NCBI RefSeq assembly: GCF_000143415.4
Contig: NW_003314507.1
Coordinates: forward strand, 1-20,820
Source: Selaginella moellendorffii
Taxonomy: Eukaryota > Plantae > Lycopodiophyta
Reading direction: 5' to 3'
Length of the DNA: 20,820 bases
The notes under the pieces were generated by a model. The model did no database searches, was not told the origin of the DNA, and saw only the letters and a list, made by a program, of their open reading frames with translations. Numbering within the stretch: the stretch's first letter is position 1; each line of letters opens with the position of its first letter. Positions 19,729-20,820 of the stretch are shown in pieces. The position numbers and the translations under genes are program-made.

Positions 19729-20820
19729 AATGTATATTCTAATATATTTCTTAACATACTTGAATGCTAAGAATAACAACTAATGAGGCTCGGTGAGGAT
19801 GTCCTGAACCTTTTCTTCAGACCCACTTTCAAGCTGCACTGGGGAGGTGGAGGAATGACCCGATTTGGAATAGGACTGGGAATTAAGTCCCCACTAGTTT
19901 CTAGTTTTTAAATAGCTAGAACAATATTTAACTCTCTTAAGTTCTTTCATGTTTAACTATCAGGCCATCAATCTTAGATAGCTAGATTTTGTGCCCTCTA
20001 TATTACAACTAGCCATTATGTAATCTTTTCAAGTTCATCATTTCCAAGGGATCCAAGTGATTAACTATAATTGAAAAAAAATATATCAGAGACATATTTT
20101 CTTATAATTTAGAGAAAATATATTTAATATTATTATCATAAACTTATAGTACTGAAATTAGAATGCTACATCAGCTAGACCAAGAGACAGCTATATAATG
20201 AATAATGATGTAAGAAACATTAATTTTTAAGTTACTCTAATATTAATTTTACTTCCTTATTTATATTATATTACATCTAGATTAGAAAAAAAATTATTAA
20301 CTTACAAAAACTCCTTTAAATCAAGCATAACCTACAATATAAAGAAATTATGAAATATTTTAAATGGGTTTATACCCAGCATTGTTTATAGAAAAAGATG
20401 AATAATTAAATATCTTGCTTAATTTTGTATTGAAATGCATTCAATATTATAATTTTAGTTGAAGACTTTAATATTTGTTGGGACACTCTCTAATATAAGT
20501 ATGAAACTTTATCCCAAAAAACACAAAGTTTCAAACTCTTTTGTTTTTCCAAAGAAAATATCAAAAACTTTTACACATAGACGGTTTCCATACTAGGACA
20601 TGATCAGGCCAAACATATCCAATAGTACCAGATCCAACACTTGGAATCCTCTGCAGGAAAAACACAATGTTGTGAGCAAGCAAGACAAGAATATGGGAAT
20701 CATAAAGCCCGAGAATAGATTGAAGACCGATTAAAGTAAATAACATGATGAAGAAGCAAGAACTTTCACAATAACACAAGGTTACGCAGCAGTTTAGATA
20801 GTCTCTTTATAAATGATTTC

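Overview
Eukaryotic nuclear DNA, almost certainly from a land plant. The 47-60 nt GT-AG introns, TTTAGGG repeats and CG/CHG-type decay would fit a compact genome such as Selaginella (inference). The window is nearly all transposon-derived. (1) 1-~9.8 kb is part of a large DNA transposon with two divergent, stop-riddled genes. The minus-strand gene is a DUF7869/Sola1-like DDE transposase with an N-terminal En/Spm Tnp1-like domain. The plus-strand gene has about 11 exons and encodes a ParB/Srx-like domain, a degenerate beta-class amino-methyltransferase-like domain, an acidic/repeat linker and an FCP1/HAD-like domain. About 15 clear copies, plus several degenerate ones, of a 22-bp palindrome (ATGGCRTGWGGCCWCAYGCCAT) are spread through this element, in introns, intergenic DNA and in-frame in coding loops. 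This pairing is the main candidate for an undescribed system. (2) ~10.1-12.7 kb is a degraded Mutator-like GCM-zinc/SWIM gene that appears to lack its catalytic core. (3) 14673-19728 is a full-length, decayed non-chromovirus Ty3/gypsy element with 175-bp LTRs, a 4-bp TSD and a -1 frameshift signal with a predicted pseudoknot. It may lie in an intron of a minus-strand host gene. There are three N gaps. All domain assignments come from motif recognition by eye, not database searches.
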